From Patescibacteria group bacterium (lineage in GTDB: Bacteria > Patescibacteriota > Patescibacteriia > Patescibacteriales > UBA12465): a DNA stretch of 64,000 nt. The translations under genes were made by a program, and so were the position numbers. Below are positions 62,671 to 64,000 of the stretch, piece after piece (the first letter of the stretch is position 1; every line of letters starts with the position of its first letter). The stretch lies in assembly GCA_034002925.1 (NCBI GenBank), contig JAVEZP010000001.1:132024-196023 (forward strand). Reading direction: 5' to 3'. The notes under the pieces are model-generated. The model did not search any database and was not told the DNA's origin. It saw nothing but the letters and a program-made list of their open reading frames with translations.

Positions 62671-64000
62671 TTATTTAATTAAATTAAAATTTACAAGTCC
62701 TGTTTCACAATTACCAACATCATCACAAGCAATAACTCTTAATTTTTGATAGCCGTTTTCTAGTTCAAATAAAGGTATGTTAATAAATTGATCTGAACCA
62801 AAACCAGGGAGGCTATTTTCATTTATTTGATATCTAATGCTTTTAATTCCTCTTGGAGACTGAGCTTCAACTTGAACCTCTAAAATATCTTTATTTATTA
62901 ATTCACCTTCACTTGGTTTAATTATTTTTAGTGTTGGTTTGTTTTCTGGTTTTATTAATTCTAAACTTTCTAATATCTCTAAATTGCTTTTTTGTTCATT
63001 TTTTTCTGACCACTTATTAACAGCTTCTTCCCATTTTTGATACTGAGGATCGTTTTCTGGTTTTTCTGGCTCTGGTCCAAGAGGATCATTTTTGTTTATA
63101 TAATGAAGAATTGAGTGGTGGTTAAAAACCTCTATTTCCTCTTTTAATTCTTCAGGGGTTTCATTACTTGCTATTAGTCCAGTTTCTTTATCTATAGTTA
63201 TTTTTTGAGAATATTCTAGCGTTCCATCAATAGCTGCTTTTCCACTTTCTTCCTCTTCTAGTTTATTAAAAGTTTCAACTGGACTTCCGGTTAAAACTCT
63301 TTTCATAAATTCATTCCAAATAGGGGCAGCCACCACGCTACCATCAGCGCCACGACTCATTTCTGAGCTATCGGTATTGCCCACCCAGACGCCCGTAACA
63401 ATAGAGGGGGTGTAACCAACTGTCCAAGCGTCTTTAAAGTCGTTGGTGGTGCCAGTTTTAGCCGCTACAGGGCGATCGGATAGCGTTAGCCAGTTCTTTT
63501 CTCCAAAAACAAAAGCTCTGGCACTATTATCGCTTAAAATATCGTTAATCATTCTAGCTGATTGGGTTGTTAAAACTCTTCTTTCATTGTTTTTGCTTTC
63601 TTCTATGATTTTTCCATTTTTATCTTCAATTTTTAATATAAAAGTGAGGTCGTTTATTTTTCCCTCTCGAGCAAAAGCGCTAAAAGCATTAACATGCTCT
63701 AACATTTTTACTTCTCCACCACCAAGAACAAGTGATAATCCAAAACGACTTCTATCTGAGAAAGTAGTGTAACCCATGTTTTCAGCTAAATTTAAAACCT
63801 GATTAATACCTGCTAAATAAATAGCTTTAACAGCAGGAATGTTTAATGAACCAGCTAAAGCTTGTCTAATACTAACTGGACCCAATTCTTTTCCGTTGTA
63901 ATTTTGAGGGGTGTAACTTTCATTTTTATCTGTTGAGAAATTAGTGATAACATCATATAGTTTTGTGCTGGTTTTGTAACCCTGTTCAAATAGAGCAGCA
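62671..64000 (-). CDS. class A penicillin-binding protein (PBP1A-like), C-terminal part; 5' end beyond window
   Basis: The frame stays open to the window edge (..YTPQNYNGKELGPVSIRQALAGSLNIPAV). Transpeptidase KTGTT motif, followed by an extra C-terminal beta-rich domain. Confidence 0.85.
   Translation of the reverse strand, partial: AALFEQGYKTSTKLYDVITNFSTDKNESYTPQNYNGKELGPVSIRQALAGSLNIPAVKAIYLAGINQVLNLAENMGYTTFSDRSRFGLSLVLGGGEVKMLEHVNAFSAFAREGKINDLTFILKIEDKNGKIIEESKNNERRVLTTQSARMINDILSDNSARAFVFGEKNWLTLSDRPVAAKTGTTNDFKDAWTVGYTPSIVTGVWVGNTDSSEMSRGADGSVVAAPIWNEFMKRVLTGSPVETFNKLEEEESGKAAIDGTLEYSQKITIDKETGLIASNETPEELKEEIEVFNHHSILHYINKNDPLGPEPEKPENDPQYQKWEEAVNKWSEKNEQKSNLEILESLELIKPENKPTLKIIKPSEGELINKDILEVQVEAQSPRGIKSIRYQINENSLPGFGSDQFINIPLFELENGYQKLRVIACDDVGNCETGLVNFNLIK

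Overview
AT-rich (about 30% GC by eye), gene-dense bacterial chromosome segment. It includes the origin-proximal core: rpmH-rnpA-yidD-yidC on the minus strand, diverging from dnaA-dnaN on the plus strand at 59.5-62.6 kb. The gene content suggests a small-genome, host-dependent lineage such as Patescibacteria/CPR; this is inference only. Supporting content: many tRNA and translation genes, PilB-type ATPase, VirB2/TrbC-like mini-pilins, lipid-scavenging-type hydrolases, and no obvious biosynthetic operons.

I support about 65 CDS, 9 tRNAs (Glu-UUC, Cys-GCA, Ser-CGA, Val-UAC, Leu-GAG, Leu-UAG, Gly-UCC, Ala-GGC, Arg-CCU), rpmH (missing from the ORF track) and many intrinsic terminators.

Most notable observations:
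1. A 667-aa single ORF fuses a glutamyl-tRNA-reductase-like module to a class IIb (Asp/Asn-type) aminoacyl-tRNA-synthetase catalytic core with no anticodon-binding domain. It lies 233 nt downstream of tRNA-Glu on the same strand.
2. A 0.7-kb non-coding island about 3.3 kb from dnaA carries nine copies of the palindrome TGTTCT-N4-AGAACA, which is parS-like but distinct. The island is bracketed by perfect 18-bp inverted repeats.
3. Six tandem paralogous VirB2/TrbC-like two-TM pilin-like genes, plus a seventh nearby, with no T4SS machinery in the window.
4. A 1004-aa PilB/GspE ATPase made of two complete ATPase modules in tandem.
5. A ~330-nt promoter-to-terminator structured RNA upstream of ychF with mutually exclusive helices.
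6. A 27-bp perfect palindrome over the uvrA promoter, and a UvrA that lacks the UvrB-binding domain.

All homology calls rest on motif recognition by eye. No searches or folding computations were run.
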